DNA from: an uncultured bacterium
GTDB lineage: Bacteria > Abyssobacteria > SURF-5 > CBDUXP01
Length of the DNA: 64,000 nucleotides
NCBI GenBank assembly: GCA_965371225.1
Contig: CBDUXP010000001.1
Location: forward strand, 71,883 to 135,882
Direction of reading: 5' to 3'
Below are positions 1 to 9,182 of the stretch, piece after piece. The position numbers and the translations under genes are program-made. The notes under the pieces are model-generated. The model had not been told where the DNA came from, did not search any database, and saw only the letters and a list, made by a program, of their open reading frames with translations. Position 1 is the stretch's first letter; every line of letters begins with the position of its first letter.

Positions 1-2516
1 GGAAACGGGAATGTCTCAAAACATGTAGTTGGTGTATAGCGAAAACCACTTTCCCGTTCCCGCAATTGGGTTCCTTGCGCACGCGCCCACACCTCATGCA
101 ATCGTGAATGCAGCACACCAAAGAAGTAGTCGTCGGACCGGGCGAAAGCTATCGTCGCCGAGTCGGGGAGTGTAGGACAATCTATTCGCACGAAAAGCCG
201 ATGTTTGGACACCCTGGGAGTACAGGTGTAGCGCTGGAATCCTAGGATTGCTGTTCGCAGCTCGCTGCGTGGCCTTGTGTGCTGCCACCATCTCTTACCA
301 CCGTGTTCACGAGCTGTAACCTGTCTACTGCCTTTTACTTTTGTTCGAAGATACTCAAAAGGGGCCTGGTACCTCGCCGCATCGGCGGACGGCATACCAA
401 CTCCAAAGTCTACGATGAAGAAGTTACGTCCCCGGGAGGTTATGTCTTTCCCGTTGACCCAAGGAACAACAACGTTAGAATTCGGAATCAGATGAGGATT
501 AGGCGCAACAAGGAAGTCAACTGCCGTTTCGAATGGAACGTCAAAAGCGCCCCCTTTCGTAGTTCCCATAAATGCGATGTCGGCAGTGGCGCTCAGCGTT
601 TGTGACTTTGTAACATCGGCAAGTGCAGTAAGGTTTGCGTTGATAGTGGCAACACTCTTGCCGTCCAACAGTCTCTCTTTTTCGCTTCCCGAATCAATGC
701 CGACCATGGACACATGAACATTTGCGCCATCCAGGATCCATGGACGATCACTCTCAGCGAAGAAGATGTTTCCTGTCTCCCTAATGCGTTTTAGTGTTTC
801 GCGACTGGCGCCGCCGCGCACCCCTTGCGTAGCCAGCAGACCTGCCCGTTTCGCCAGTCCCCGCTCAATATTGTTCCGCGCACGCTCCAACCAATAGCAG
901 CACAGGTCAGCTTCCGGGCGAACACGATCCCCCCATTGCCCGAGTAACGCATCGACGTACGCGTCCCCCAACTCCGAGCGCAGCTTCTTCCCCCCTAAGA
1001 ACGGGGGATTTCCCACGACGTAGTCGACGGCGGGCCACTCGGGTTCCTTGGGATTGTCGCGATCGGACAGGTCGAGGATGGCGTCTTTGCACTGGAAGTT
1101 CTCGGGCATCTTGCGCAGGAGGGGGGTCTCGAAGTTGCCGTAGCCGTTGGCGATGGTCCATTGAAGAAACCCGATCCACACAGTCATCTGCGCCAGTTCG
1201 CACGCGTATTCATTGATCTCGATGCCGTAGAGCTGCCACGGTCCCACGCGTGGATACAGGCCCCCGATGCCGTGATTATCCGCAAAGATGCAAACTTCCT
1301 TCTCCAAATCCTTGAGTTTCTGGAGTGACACATAGAGGAAGTTTCCCGACCCGCACGCGGGATCTAATACCTTCACCTTTCCCAAACGGTCGAGAAATCC
1401 AGTCAACGGGCCCGCCGCCTCAGCCTGCCACTTCTGCAAATCCCTGGGTCGTGGGCGCCCCTTCCCTTCCTTTTCGCGTTTTTCCAAACGCTCGTGCAAC
1501 CTTTCGACATTGCCTCGAGCCTCTCCGCGCACTTGCTCCCATTCCCGGCGCAAGGGCCACATGACCACGGGCTCCACTAGAGTCTCGATGTCCTCGCGGC
1601 TGGTGTAGTGAGCGCCAATCTGCGAGCGTTTGTCCGGGTCCATCCCGCGCTCAAACAGGGTGCCGAAGATCGACGCGTCCACGGCACTCCAATCCAGCTT
1701 GGCTGCCGCGTGAATGGCCGTGATCTCTTCCGGCGTCAACTCCAACACCGGACTGCCACTGAACAGGTCGCCATTGAAGTGTTTGATCTCCTCCGGTCCA
1801 AAGTCGCCGCCGTCCGCCATGGCCGAGAAGAGGCGCTCCACCTGTCGCTTGAACCGGGGAGGGTCGCCCTTGGCCTTATTCACCACCTCGGTGAACAGCC
1901 CCTTGGGCAGCAGCCCCACATCCTCGGCGAACAGGCAGAACACGATCCGGTCCAGAAAGCGCGCGACCTCGTGCGCGTCCAGGCCCCGCCCACGGAGCCC
2001 TTGGGCGATATCCCCAAGCCGCCGCGCCGCCTCCTCGGTGACCTCCGCGCTGGTGGTGCCCGGCCGCAGCTTCCCGGGTTCGTGGAACAGCGCGTGAAGG
2101 ACCTCCAGGTTCTGGGGTTCGCCCAATGCTTCCAGCGGAATGTCATAGGTGCGCCCGACGGTGGCGGTGAAATTCGTATGGACCACGATGCGGTCCATGT
2201 CGCTGACTACCAACAGAGGTGGGTTTTCCAGGGCTTCGCGGTACTGCCGCAGTTGTCTGTAGGCCTCGTCCAGGTCCTTATGCGGACCCTTGTACTCCCA
2301 GCCGAAACAGCCCTTTTTCCAAACGTCGGCCCAACCACCTCCACCGTCTTCTTTCGTGACCCCTTTCTCGAAGGTGAACTCGTCGCCCGTGGTATCGACC
2401 GCGGCGGGGGAGGGATGGTCCACCAACGCGCAGAGGTCCATGAAGTGCTCGTGCGACGCCGAGCGTTCGCTAAGCGTGTTGCCCCCCCACTTGGCGATGA
2501 ATTCGGAGGGGGTCAT
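1..2516 (-). CDS. MmeI-family type IIL restriction-modification enzyme (endonuclease + N6-adenine DNA methyltransferase + target-recognition domain in one polypeptide). Partial: the C-terminal target-recognition region runs off the left window edge.
   Basis: The minus-strand translation begins MTPSEFIAKWGGNTLSERSASHEHFMDLCALV. A GWEYKGPHKDLDEAYRQL segment matches the MmeI N-terminal PD-ExK region (MmeI: EMKSRGKDLDKAYDQAL). GAHYTS, MTase motif I DPACGSGNFLYV (around 1350) and motif IV NPPF are present. The frame is open to position 1. Candidate in-frame ATG starts lie at 2516, 2540 and 2564. The gene is absent from the ORF track because it has no stop inside the window. Confidence 0.75.
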   Translation of the reverse strand, partial: MTPSEFIAKWGGNTLSERSASHEHFMDLCALVDHPSPAAVDTTGDEFTFEKGVTKEDGGGGWADVWKKGCFGWEYKGPHKDLDEAYRQLRQYREALENPPLLVVSDMDRIVVHTNFTATVGRTYDIPLEALGEPQNLEVLHALFHEPGKLRPGTTSAEVTEEAARRLGDIAQGLRGRGLDAHEVARFLDRIVFCLFAEDVGLLPKGLFTEVVNKAKGDPPRFKRQVERLFSAMADGGDFGPEEIKHFNGDLFSGSPVLELTPEEITAIHAAAKLDWSAVDASIFGTLFERGMDPDKRSQIGAHYTSREDIETLVEPVVMWPLRREWEQVRGEARGNVERLHERLEKREKEGKGRPRPRDLQKWQAEAAGPLTGFLDRLGKVKVLDPACGSGNFLYVSLQKLKDLEKEVCIFADNHGIGGLYPRVGPWQLYGIEINEYACELAQMTVWIGFLQWTIANGYGNFETPLLRKMPENFQCKDAILDLSDRDNPKEPEWPAVDYVVGNPPFLGGKKLRSELGDAYVDALLGQWGDRVRPEADLCCYWLERARNNIERGLAKRAGLLATQGVRGGASRETLKRIRETGNIFFAESDRPWILDGANVHVSMVGIDSGSEKERLLDGKSVATINANLTALADVTKSQTLSATADIAFMGTTKGGAFDVPFETAVDFLVAPNPHLIPNSNVVVPWVNGKDITSRGRNFFIVDFGVGMPSADAARYQAPFEYLRTKVKGSRQVTAREHGGKRWWQHTRPRSELRTAILGFQRYTCTPRVSKHRLFVRIDCPTLPDSATIAFARSDDYFFGVLHSRLHEVWARAQGTQLRERESGFRYTPTTCFETFPF

Positions 2517-2969
2517 GGTCGCGTGCGCGTTGAGCGCCATGGTACACGCGCCGCGCCGGGGCATCACAGCACGGAACCGGGCACCCCGGGCGGACACCTG
2601 GGTCGGCCCCTCCGAACCCGAGCGCCGGGGCGAGGCGCGGACATGAAGGATCCGTGAAACGGGTTGGCGTGGTCGGTCGGCAGGTTTCGTGCTTGTATTA
2701 GGGCATGGACGACCTCAGGCGAGGCAGGCGAAAATGGCGTAAAGCCTGCTCGCACAGCGCGTTACGGCGATTTAGTGCCAAGGGAGCACAGGAATGATTT
2801 TTCCGGTTTTTACGAAACGAACCCATTGCAGGTCACGGGCGCGTATCCCGTTTTCGCGCTAGAGTTTCTGGCGGAATGGGAATTGTGCTAGGATGACCAT
2901 TCTCCCCCGCGGCACGGTGCCCCCGCCGACCCAGGGCCGGGGAGTGGGAATCGGGCAAGGAGTGAGGCT

Positions 2970-4076
2970 ATGCGCTTAGGAGTGCTCGCCAGTGTCGCGG
3001 GCGTCGCAACAATGATGACGGTGGGCTGTGCCAAGGGCCTGCCTACCGCTCGGCGGGTTCCCTTTGGTGGATCCGGTGGGTTGGTCGCCGGTCCGCGGCC
3101 GCAGCACGGTGGCTCAGGCGGGCTGGTGGCGGGACCGCGGCCGCAGCACGGTGGCTCGGGCGGGCTGGTTGCCGGGCCGCGCATCGAGCGGGGGCTGGGC
3201 GGTGATGGGTTCGTGAGTGGTCCCCGGGTACGGCTGGATCCGCGGCCGGAACGGGTGGAGTACGTGGGGCCGGACCGGGTGACGCTGCTCGATGGCACGC
3301 CGCTGTTGGGCGAACTCGCGTCCCTCGATCCTTACATGGTGCGGTTTGCCGATGGCTTGCGCGTGCCGCGCGTGATCGTGGGCGGGGTGGAGTTCGGCGA
3401 AGCGGGCGACCTGCCGGCGCTGGGCGCGCATCCGCTGCACGACATCGTGGCGCTGCGGGATGGCGAGTGGCTGGAGGGCGCGGTCATCAGCATTAACGGC
3501 GCGCGCGTGCGTGTCGCGGTCTACGGGCCGGACATGATGACCCGCGGCATTCAAGTCGTCCGGCGCGAGGACATCGCGGCGATGGCGCTGCGGGACCGGC
3601 GCGACTCTCCGTGCGCGCGGGCGGCGCTCGTGCTGGCGGATGGCGGCGAGTCGGGGCGGCTCGTGGCCGAAGTGTCGAATCTCGATATTGACGAAGTGCA
3701 GGTGTTCTGGCTCGCCGACGCGGGGGTGCCGCGACAGGACAAACTCCTGCGCTGCTTCGAGCGTGGCAGCGCGTCGAGCTGTCAGGTCGCGAGCTGGCTC
3801 GGGCCGGGCACCCAGTGTCCGAGCATGGTCGGCGGATTGGAAGTCCACGCCCTGCGCGATGACGTGGGGCACATGTCGGAGAACCGGAAGTTCTACTACG
3901 CGCTGCGCGGCGGCGAGCGGACGCTGGCCGCCTCGACGGTGGTGCAGCGGGGCGAGCGCCACCTGCACGGCATTCACCCGGCGCGGCTGAACACGGACTA
4001 CCGGGGCGAAGCGCACTATTGGGACACGTCCTGGCGGAACCGTCAGGACGACGGGATCCACGCCGTCGACAAGTAA
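2970..4076 (+). CDS. Hypothetical lipoprotein with three tandem GGSGGLVAGPRPQH repeats
   Basis: 368-aa ORF. N-terminus MRLGVLASVAGVATMMTVGCAKG is a signal peptide followed by a Cys. The repeats are Gly/Pro-rich. The remainder has no recognisable family. Confidence 0.5.
   Translation: MRLGVLASVAGVATMMTVGCAKGLPTARRVPFGGSGGLVAGPRPQHGGSGGLVAGPRPQHGGSGGLVAGPRIERGLGGDGFVSGPRVRLDPRPERVEYVGPDRVTLLDGTPLLGELASLDPYMVRFADGLRVPRVIVGGVEFGEAGDLPALGAHPLHDIVALRDGEWLEGAVISINGARVRVAVYGPDMMTRGIQVVRREDIAAMALRDRRDSPCARAALVLADGGESGRLVAEVSNLDIDEVQVFWLADAGVPRQDKLLRCFERGSASSCQVASWLGPGTQCPSMVGGLEVHALRDDVGHMSENRKFYYALRGGERTLAASTVVQRGERHLHGIHPARLNTDYRGEAHYWDTSWRNRQDDGIHAVDK
3067..3192 (+). repeat. 3 x 42-nt direct tandem repeat inside the lipoprotein CDS (GGSGGLVAGPRPQH x3; the third copy diverges after GPR)
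   Basis: ggtggatccggtgggttggtcgccggtccgcggccgcagcac, then ggtggctcaggcgggctggtggcgggaccgcggccgcagcac, then ggtggctcgggcgggctggttgccgggccgcgc. Read directly from the sequence. Confidence 0.8.
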
Positions 4077-4106
4077 CGGGCGCCGAAGCCCGCCGCGGAT
4101 CGCGCC

Positions 4107-5318
4107 TTACCCGGGACGATAGCGGAGGAGCACGTCCGCGGCGAGGCCCGTCGTCCCGTCCGACCGGATGAACGTGCCGCGCTGCACGAGGCGGTTGTCC
4201 CCCGCCGCGGTTTCGTCGACCTCTTCCGTCTCCAGAAGGATGCCCACGATGTCCAGGTCGGCCAGCGTGCGCACTTCGCTTGGGGCCACAATCCCGTCGC
4301 CGTCGAAGTCGCCGAGCACGCGCAGGTCCGCGAACACCGCGTCGCGCGGATCGATCGCGCCGTCGCCGTTCCGGTCGAACGTGGCCAGCTCCGCGAAGCC
4401 GTTCGCGGCGCCGTGCTGGTCGCCGAAGAGTTCGCGCCCGTCGTCGATGAGCCCGTTGCCGTTCCGGTCCAGCGCGAGCGCGCCGTCGTTCCCCGTCACG
4501 AACGCGGTCTGATCCGGGCGCCCGTCACCGTCCAAATCGAACCGGCGCCCGTCCGCGATGCCGGTGAGTTCGATGCCGTCGCCATCGAGATCGAGCACCA
4601 GGGGATCCCCTTCAGCCGGAGCCGTGGTGATCTCGACGCTCACGCTCGTTATCTGGATGCTGATGGATACGCTGACCTGCGCCGAGTTGGCGTGAACGTC
4701 CACGAGAAACTGAGCTACGCGCGCGCTGAGGCTGACACCGCCGGCCGTCTGCGCCGTGTCTGCAAGAAACGCGTTGGCGCCCGCCAGCCCGCCGCCGCTG
4801 AAATCGGCCAGGGTCTGCTCCACCTGCAGGAGAAACTCCGCCAGCGGACCCTCCTTCTCGGCGAAGTGGCGCAGCAGTAGCAGGAATTCCTTCAGTAGCT
4901 CGATATCGACCCCGGCCAGGTGCGTGGCTTGATCCAGAAACCGGTCGAGCGCGGTGAGGCCCACGGGCGCCTGAGGTGCCGCGAAGCGCGCGGCCAGTTC
5001 CTGGGCAAACGCCCCGAGCCCCAGCCGGACGGCGCCATCGGGCAGCCCGCGCCGCAATGCGTCCACCCGCGCGAGGAACCCCGTCGCCTGGGTGCGTCGC
5101 ACGTCCGCCAGCGGCCCGCGCACGGGAGGCGGGACCAGCGCGCCACGAGGCACGAACTGGTCTGCTGCACGCGGAGCGGTTTCCCCCGACACGTCATCAC
5201 GGCCATCCGGACTGCCACCCGCAACGCGCGCGGGCGTGTCGGCCGGCGTGCCGTGGCTACGCACAGGGGGACCGCCACCGCCCAAGGTATTGAGCAGCCG
5301 GACACCCACGGTCTGCAC
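4107..5318 (-). CDS. Calcium-binding repeat protein with dockerin/EF-hand-like DxDGDG motifs
   Basis: 403-aa ORF with high GC3. C-terminal half carries LDLDGDGIE, FDLDGDGRPD, LDRNGNGLIDDGRELFG, FDRNGDGAIDPRD and GDFDGDGIVAPSEV, all fitting the D-x-[DN]-x-D-G-x-[IV]-D pattern. No N-terminal signal peptide was seen. Confidence 0.5.
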   Translation of the reverse strand: MQTVGVRLLNTLGGGGPPVRSHGTPADTPARVAGGSPDGRDDVSGETAPRAADQFVPRGALVPPPVRGPLADVRRTQATGFLARVDALRRGLPDGAVRLGLGAFAQELAARFAAPQAPVGLTALDRFLDQATHLAGVDIELLKEFLLLLRHFAEKEGPLAEFLLQVEQTLADFSGGGLAGANAFLADTAQTAGGVSLSARVAQFLVDVHANSAQVSVSISIQITSVSVEITTAPAEGDPLVLDLDGDGIELTGIADGRRFDLDGDGRPDQTAFVTGNDGALALDRNGNGLIDDGRELFGDQHGAANGFAELATFDRNGDGAIDPRDAVFADLRVLGDFDGDGIVAPSEVRTLADLDIVGILLETEEVDETAAGDNRLVQRGTFIRSDGTTGLAADVLLRYRPG

Positions 5319-5508
5319 TCCTTCCGTTGGCGTGAAGGCCTACTAATCCGAAACTACCTATCGGCGACCGAACCGCAGTCTTGAGCCGCGCGCAATGAAG
5401 AATCTCTGTTGCCAAATGTTCGGGTGATGCGTACCATGGGGATTGGGCCGCCGTCCGAGCGAACCACCCCGATCTCCGGCCGGTTGCGCGTCGTCGCACC
5501 GTCCGCTC

Positions 5509-6270
5509 ATGCCCACCGCGACCGCGAGTCAACTGGAAAGCCTCCGCGCCGATCTCTTGGCGCATCCCCTGTACGCGGCCGTCGACTCCCTACCACGGCT
5601 GCGGCAATTCATGGCCGCGCACGTGTTCGCGGTCTGGGACTTCATGGCGCTGGCGAAACGCCTGCAGCGGGACCTCACCTGTACGACCGTGCCGTGGGTA
5701 CCGCCCGCGGACGCGCGGCTCGCGCGATTCATTAATGAAGTGGTGGTGGCGGAGGAGAGCGACCTGGGGCCGGAGGGCACGCCCATGAGCCACGTGGAAC
5801 TGTACGTGGCGGGCATGGAGGAGGTGGGAGCGGACATCGCGCCTTTCCAAGAATTCCTGCGGCGTGTGCGGACCGGGGCCGCACCGGACGACGCGCTAGC
5901 GCAGGTGGGGGCGCCGCCGCACGTTCGGGAGTTCGTCAACGCGACCCTGACCTACGCCGTGGCGGGGAGCACCGCGGAGGTGGCGGCCGTCTTTCTGTAC
6001 GGCCGCGAGGACATCATTCCGGACATGTTCCGCGCGCTCCTGCATCAGTGGGAGCGGGACCCCGGCGCTGTGCCCGCATTCGCGTACTATCTCGAGCGGC
6101 ATATCCACCTGGATGGGGACCTGCACGGCCCCGCCGCGGCCGCCATGCTGGAGGCCCTCACGCGAGACGACCCCCAACGCTGCGCGGCCGCCGATCACGC
6201 GGCGCACGCCGCCATCGCCGCGCGCATCGCCCTGTGGGACAGCGTCCTGCTGTCCCTGGACGCCGCCTGA
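5509..6270 (+). CDS. DUF3050 family protein (heme-oxygenase-like fold, MgoB-like)
   Basis: MPTATASQLESLRADLLAHPLYAAV ... FMAAHVFAVWDFMALAKRLQRDLTC ... VPWVPP ... ARFINEVVVAEESD ... SHVELYVAGMEEVGAD matches my recollection of DUF3050 signatures. The ORF-track start at 5443 is trimmed to the MPTATAS methionine. Confidence 0.5.
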   Translation: MPTATASQLESLRADLLAHPLYAAVDSLPRLRQFMAAHVFAVWDFMALAKRLQRDLTCTTVPWVPPADARLARFINEVVVAEESDLGPEGTPMSHVELYVAGMEEVGADIAPFQEFLRRVRTGAAPDDALAQVGAPPHVREFVNATLTYAVAGSTAEVAAVFLYGREDIIPDMFRALLHQWERDPGAVPAFAYYLERHIHLDGDLHGPAAAAMLEALTRDDPQRCAAADHAAHAAIAARIALWDSVLLSLDAA

Positions 6271-6324
6271 TCCGCCGGCCGCGCGCCGGAGTATTACGGC
6301 CCGATAGGCGAGGCCCCCACACTA

Positions 6325-7131
6325 GTGCCGCCCCCTGCTCCCGCACCCTCGGATGATGAGCGGGCCGCCGCGTACGCCGCCGCGCTGGCCGACGTCGCCA
6401 CGCTCGCGGCAGGCTATGGGGACGGTGCGCGGATCGCGGAAGCACCCGGGTGCTGGGCATTGCGCCTCCCTCTGCCCTACGCCTGCGCCAACCTGGGCGT
6501 GCTGCGATTGGCCGACGCGGCGTCAGTTGATGCCGCCCTCGCATTCGCCGGCGAGCAGTTCGATGACACGGCCGCCCTGGTGTGTCTTGCGCTGGATGGG
6601 CTCGGGGACCCGGACGCGGCGCGCGCAGCATTCGCCCGGACCGGGTGGCGCGTCAGCGAATCGTACCCGTACCTGCAACTCGGCGCGACGGAGGTGCCGG
6701 CGTTGGAGGACACACTGGCGATTGCCGAACTTCGCACGCCGCGGGACATGCAGCAGGCCCATGCGATCGTCGCGGCCGCCGGCCGGGGCGGAGCGATCAC
6801 CGCGCCTGAAGTGGACGAGACGCTGCGCTATACCCGGACGCAACCCGAGCACACGGTCTACGGCGCCTGGGTGGACGGGGCCATGGTGTCGACCATCCGG
6901 GCGGTTCGGCGCGCGCAACACTGTGGGTTGTATCTGGCCGCGACGGACCCCGCCCACCAGCGCCGGGGGTACGGCGGCGCGCTACTGGACCGGGCGCTCC
7001 ACGTGGAGCGGGAGCGCGGCGCATTGACCTTTCACGCGTTCGGTGGGCCCGGCCTCAGCTCGCTGTGCGAAGCGGCGGGATTCCGCACCATTGGTCAGGT
7101 GGCCTACGCGATTCGGGACGCGGCGGCCTAG
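6325..7131 (+). CDS. GNAT family N-acetyltransferase
   Basis: C-terminal LYLAATDPAHQRRGYGGALLDRAL is a GNAT motif A (Q/R-x-x-G-x-G/A). 268-aa ORF. Confidence 0.55.
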   Translation: MPPPAPAPSDDERAAAYAAALADVATLAAGYGDGARIAEAPGCWALRLPLPYACANLGVLRLADAASVDAALAFAGEQFDDTAALVCLALDGLGDPDAARAAFARTGWRVSESYPYLQLGATEVPALEDTLAIAELRTPRDMQQAHAIVAAAGRGGAITAPEVDETLRYTRTQPEHTVYGAWVDGAMVSTIRAVRRAQHCGLYLAATDPAHQRRGYGGALLDRALHVERERGALTFHAFGGPGLSSLCEAAGFRTIGQVAYAIRDAAA

Positions 7132-7158
7132 CGCGCGCCGCGTTCCCGAACGCGTGGA

Positions 7159-7776
7159 CTAGCTGTCGAGTTCGGCGGCGGCGCCCAGCAGCGTCTGCGT
7201 TTGATTCGGCATGACGCTGCCGCCTTCCAGGTACTTGAACCGGATCGTGCGCGTCGCATCGACCAGGAAGTACCCGCGCTTGGCTACGCCGCTGGCGCCG
7301 ATGCCGAGGAACACGTCATACGCCTTCGCGACGGCGGCGTCGGCGTCCGCCAACAGGGTTACGTCGGGGCTGTTCTCCGCGGCGAACCTCGCGTGAGATT
7401 CCACGGAGTCGAGGCTGATGCCCAGGATTTTGATGCCCGCGGCGGTGAACTGGTCGATGTTTTGCTGAAACTCAGCAAACTCCGCCGTTCACCCAGCGGT
7501 GAAGTCTTTCGGATAGAACGCGACGATGGCGCCCCGATGGTCGGCCAAGACCTCGGACAGGGTCACGGCGGTGCCGGTCTGGTCTTGCAGCGTGAAGTCC
7601 GGGGCGGTTTCGCCCACCTGCAGCTTCGTGTCGCGCGCCATCGAGTGGCGGGCGAAACCCACCAGCGCGATCACCACGACGACGAAGGTGGCGACGATCA
7701 GGAGCGCGATGCGCATGACCGAACGCTTGGCTGGTGGTGACGGGTTTTCAGCGGCTTCGGTCACGATCCCCTCCAT
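7159..7776 (-). CDS. Bcp/PrxQ-type peroxiredoxin, predicted selenoprotein. An in-frame TGA at 7489..7491 (minus strand) replaces the peroxidatic Cys.
   Basis: ORFs 7489..7776 and 7159..7404 are in the same frame, separated by a single TGA. The joined sequence reads ...AIVAFYPKDFTAG-U-TAEFAEFQQNIDQFTAAGIKILGISLDSVESHARFAAENSPDVTLLADADAAVAKAYDVFLGIGASGVAKRGYFLVDATRTIRFKYL. This aligns with Bcp FYPKDDTPGCTTEAC...VLGVSPDSVESH..., with U at the catalytic Cys. N-terminus (MRIALLIVATFVVVVIALVGF) is a membrane anchor or signal. A SECIS-like hairpin lies 9 nt downstream of the UGA. Confidence 0.6.
7461..7479 (-). promoter_or_regulatory. Candidate bacterial SECIS hairpin for the Sec-peroxiredoxin
   Basis: mRNA reads UGA ACGGCGGAG UUUGCUGA-GUU-UCAGCAAA. 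This is a perfect 8-bp stem beginning 9 nt after the UGA, with an apical GUU inside a GAGUU context shared with the two redoxin hairpins. Confidence 0.45.
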
Positions 7777-7930
7777 TGGCTTCGGCGGCGGCGCCGCCGA
7801 TGGTCGGGCACGTCAGTCAATCCCCGCGGAAGTCTAGCACGAATGTCCGCGGCCGCCAGTCGTGGCGCTGCGCTAGCCCGCTCCGCGCAGTGGGCGAGTG
7901 CTACACTGGATCGTGCCACCCCCGAACGCC

Positions 7931-8929
7931 ATGCGCCCGGACGAGTCCCCTACCTCCCTCACGCGCTTGCTGGACGGCTTCTTCGGCGCCCACGTGGTCC
8001 TGGCGAGTACGAAGCTGAAGGTCTATACCAAGTGCGCGGACGCGCCGCAGGACGCCGACACGCTGGCGCACCGGTGCGGGGTGGAGCCCGCGTGGATGAC
8101 GCTCCTGCTGGACGCGAACGTGGCGTTGGGCCTGCTCGTCGGCACGCCGGAGGGGTACTGCCCCTCGCCCCTGGCCGCGGCGTGCCTGAACGAACAGCAG
8201 CATGGAGCCCTCACCAACGCGTTCAAATTTGCGCTCGCGGACGAGATACCCGCGTGGGACCAGCTGGCGGACATCGTGCGTGGGCGGACGCCACGACCGG
8301 ACTTCGGGGCCGAGGAGCGCACCACCGCGACGCGCGCCCGCGCGTACGGCAAGGCGGGGTTCAATGGGCACTTCGCGGATGCGATGCGCTGCGGCGATTT
8401 TCACGACGTGCAGCGCGCGGTGGAGATCGGCAACGGGCTCGGGCCGCTGGGGCTGGCGGTGTTGAAGCAGAACGCCGACGCCCGGTTGACGGTGGTGGAT
8501 TGGCCGAGCTACGAAACGCCGCTCAAGAAAACCCTGCGCCACGCGGGCTACCGGGAGCGCACCACGTTCATCGGCGGCGATCCGGCGACCGCGACCCCGC
8601 GCGACGGGCAGGCGGACGTGGCCTTGCTCGGGGGCGTGCTCGCCCGTGCACCGGAAGCGCGGCGGCTCCCCCTGCTGCACGCGGCCTGCGCCACCGTTCG
8701 TCCCGGGGGGCGGCTGCACATGCAGGAAGTGGTGGACACGGATGCCACCGCGCCGACGGCGGCTCTGGCGCGCCTGCGGGCGGCGATGCTCTTCGGGCCC
8801 GACGGCCTGACGCCACTCACGCCGGAGCGCGTGGGCGACCTGGTGACGGAAGCGGGGTTCACGAACGTCGAGATTGCCCCGATTCCCGATTCGGACGCTT
8901 CCTGCATCCGCGCCGTCCGGGCGCAATAG
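7931..8929 (+). CDS. Class I SAM-dependent O-methyltransferase with N-terminal dimerisation domain
   Basis: N-terminal SLTRLLDGFFGAHVVLASTKLKVYTKCADAPQDADTLAHRCGVEPAWMTLLLDANVALGLL resembles an O-MTase dimerisation/winged-helix domain. VEIGNGLG resembles motif I. The ORF-track start (7898) is trimmed to MRPDESP. Confidence 0.55.
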   Translation: MRPDESPTSLTRLLDGFFGAHVVLASTKLKVYTKCADAPQDADTLAHRCGVEPAWMTLLLDANVALGLLVGTPEGYCPSPLAAACLNEQQHGALTNAFKFALADEIPAWDQLADIVRGRTPRPDFGAEERTTATRARAYGKAGFNGHFADAMRCGDFHDVQRAVEIGNGLGPLGLAVLKQNADARLTVVDWPSYETPLKKTLRHAGYRERTTFIGGDPATATPRDGQADVALLGGVLARAPEARRLPLLHAACATVRPGGRLHMQEVVDTDATAPTAALARLRAAMLFGPDGLTPLTPERVGDLVTEAGFTNVEIAPIPDSDASCIRAVRAQ

Positions 8930-8951
8930 CTGGGGCGGCGGCGCGCGGGAA

Positions 8952-9140
8952 TCAGTCGCCGCTGGAGGACAACTCGGACGCGGAGTCGAACGCGTCCAGC
9001 GCGCGCATGGCGCGGGCGACCGCACGGATGACGACGACCCCCTGCGTCACCCCGGCCGCGACGAACATGGGCGGCCACGCCAGGCCAAGCAACAAGCAGG
9101 CAATCACCCCGAGTTGACCCAGCCAGAAGGCACGTCCCAT
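8952..9140 (-). CDS. Small hydrophobic protein (62 aa), hypothetical
   Basis: GC3 by hand count is about 89%, typical of real genes here. Two hydrophobic stretches. Lies immediately downstream of the adenylate cyclase on the same strand. Confidence 0.3.
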   Translation of the reverse strand: MGRAFWLGQLGVIACLLLGLAWPPMFVAAGVTQGVVVIRAVARAMRALDAFDSASELSSSGD

Positions 9141-9182
9141 GCTCCCATTGTAAGGATAGTCTGGCCGTGAGGCAACGGGCGC

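Noticed and set aside
1608-2657. 349-aa plus-strand ORF
   Set aside because: It is antisense to the MmeI-family RM gene, whose minus-strand frame carries clear PD-ExK and methyltransferase motifs.
7843-9117. 424-aa plus-strand ORF
   Set aside because: It overlaps the O-methyltransferase out of frame. The O-methyltransferase frame has a recognisable dimerisation domain and SAM motif, whereas this ORF is low-complexity Arg/Gly-rich.
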